From an uncultured Bacteroidota bacterium (lineage in GTDB: Bacteria; Bacteroidota; Bacteroidia; Bacteroidales; GCA-2748055), in the NCBI GenBank assembly GCA_963713725.1, contig CAVQMZ010000015.1:269027-333026 (forward strand): DNA of 64,000 nucleotides, read 5' to 3'. A program made the translations under genes and the position numbers. This document shows, one piece after another, positions 63,172 to 64,000 of the stretch. Below the pieces are notes generated by a model that ran no database searches, had not been told where the DNA came from, and saw nothing but the letters and a program-made list of their open reading frames with translations. The first letter of the stretch is position 1. Every line of letters begins with the position of its first letter.

Positions 63172-64000
63172 AAACCTGGATCTATATTTTCTTTGGGATT
63201 TTCTTCGCCCTGCTTGCCTTTGCATCATGGAAATCCTACCGGCGCAACCGTTCTGCCGAGGAGTTTATGCTTGCAGGAAAGAGCATTGGCCCCATCCTGG
63301 GTTTTTTAACTTTTTCGGCAGCATTATTCAGCGCCTTTACCTTCATGGGCATGCCCGATTTTTTCCGGAACCACGGGGTAGGGGCATGGACCTTCCTGGC
63401 CTTTTCAGACGGGGTCATGGTCTTTTTTATACTCTGGTTTGGCTACCAGTTAAGAAAGAAAGCAAAAGAACATAATTTCCAGGGGGTGGCAGGTTTGATG
63501 GTTTCTAGTTATGGTACAAAATGGGCAGGGGTGGCCATGTTTACCTCTGCATTCATCTTCCTGATTCCCTATGTGGCCATTCAGATCCGCGGGATCTCCA
63601 TCTTTCTTGAAGCAGCCTTCCCCGGCATGCTTCCCTCCTGGGCCTGGGCATTGATCATGGTGGTAATGATGCTGGTTTATGCGGAAATCGGAGGCTTAAA
63701 GGCCATTGTATACAGTGATGCCATACAGGGCCTGATCCTGCTGCTGGTGATCTGGTTGATCGGGAGTACCTGCATCAGGGCCTTTGGATCTGTACCTGAT
63801 CTGTTTAAAGCTGTAGAGGAAGTCAATGACAAATTGCTGTCCACACCGGGTCCCAACGGGCTCTTTTCCTGGCAGTTTTTGCTGGGCTCTATGATTGCAG
63901 TGGTGATGATTCCAGTAAGCCAGCCTCAGCTTACCACAAGGCTGGTGGTTATCAAGGACCTGGCTTCCATGAGAAAAATGGCCTATGCTGTGGGAATTTT
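63168..64000 (+). CDS. Sodium:solute symporter (SSS) family transporter, 3' end outside the window
   Basis: The frame is open from the ATG at 63168 to the window end. MKTWIYIFFGIFFALLAFASWKSYRRNRSAEEFMLAGKSIGP...GGLKAIVYSDAIQG is typical of SSS proteins. It is absent from the ORF track because no stop codon is reached. Confidence 0.8.
   Translation, partial: MKTWIYIFFGIFFALLAFASWKSYRRNRSAEEFMLAGKSIGPILGFLTFSAALFSAFTFMGMPDFFRNHGVGAWTFLAFSDGVMVFFILWFGYQLRKKAKEHNFQGVAGLMVSSYGTKWAGVAMFTSAFIFLIPYVAIQIRGISIFLEAAFPGMLPSWAWALIMVVMMLVYAEIGGLKAIVYSDAIQGLILLLVIWLIGSTCIRAFGSVPDLFKAVEEVNDKLLSTPGPNGLFSWQFLLGSMIAVVMIPVSQPQLTTRLVVIKDLASMRKMAYAVGI

Overview
This window looks like a Bacteroidota-type chromosome, probably marine. 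The taxon call is an inference from four things: type IX secretion C-terminal sorting tails, TAnnTTTG -7 promoter boxes, no Shine-Dalgarno sites, and many sulfatases, glycoside hydrolases and a PL8 lyase. The window has three parts. (1) 1-4050 holds the end of an alpha/beta-hydrolase gene, a GH94 remnant, tRNA-Asp(GTC) followed by a patch of nested hairpins, an acyltransferase gene and a frameshifted esterase-PA14 gene. (2) About 4880-22370 is the main result. It is a roughly 17 kb integron-style gene-cassette array with 12-13 attC-like imperfect palindromes of 93-252 bp. In most cassettes the bases after the GTT core at the start are the reverse complement of the inverse core that closes the same cassette. 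No IntI gene is present in the window, so the array is CALIN-like. A decayed tyrosine recombinase of non-IntI type sits at the head of the array in the same orientation. The cassettes carry five type II toxin-antitoxin pairs (one pair is present twice), a small lipoprotein, a membrane TPR protein, a reverse-oriented hybrid histidine kinase/response regulator/AraC gene with a lipoprotein gene, a beta-lactamase-fold serine hydrolase and a deleted paralog of it, and an AT-rich glycoside hydrolase plus sulfatase unit. A group II intron with a frameshifted reverse transcriptase is inserted in the GTT core of one attC, in the sense orientation of the cassettes. (3) 22400-64000 is ordinary and accessory chromosome: cold-shock protein, beta-helix protein, DJ-1/PfpI, TerB-like, PqiA-like, sulfatases, an ABC-2 exporter operon, FG-GAP proteins, two very large T9SS-secreted proteins, a cytochrome c-sulfatase-GH2-GH26 gene string, PL8 lyase and a sugar catabolism/symporter cluster. 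At least 11 genes across the window are disrupted by frameshifts, in-frame stops or internal deletions. All calls come from reading the sequence and the ORF translations. No database search, RNA folding or covariance model was run.
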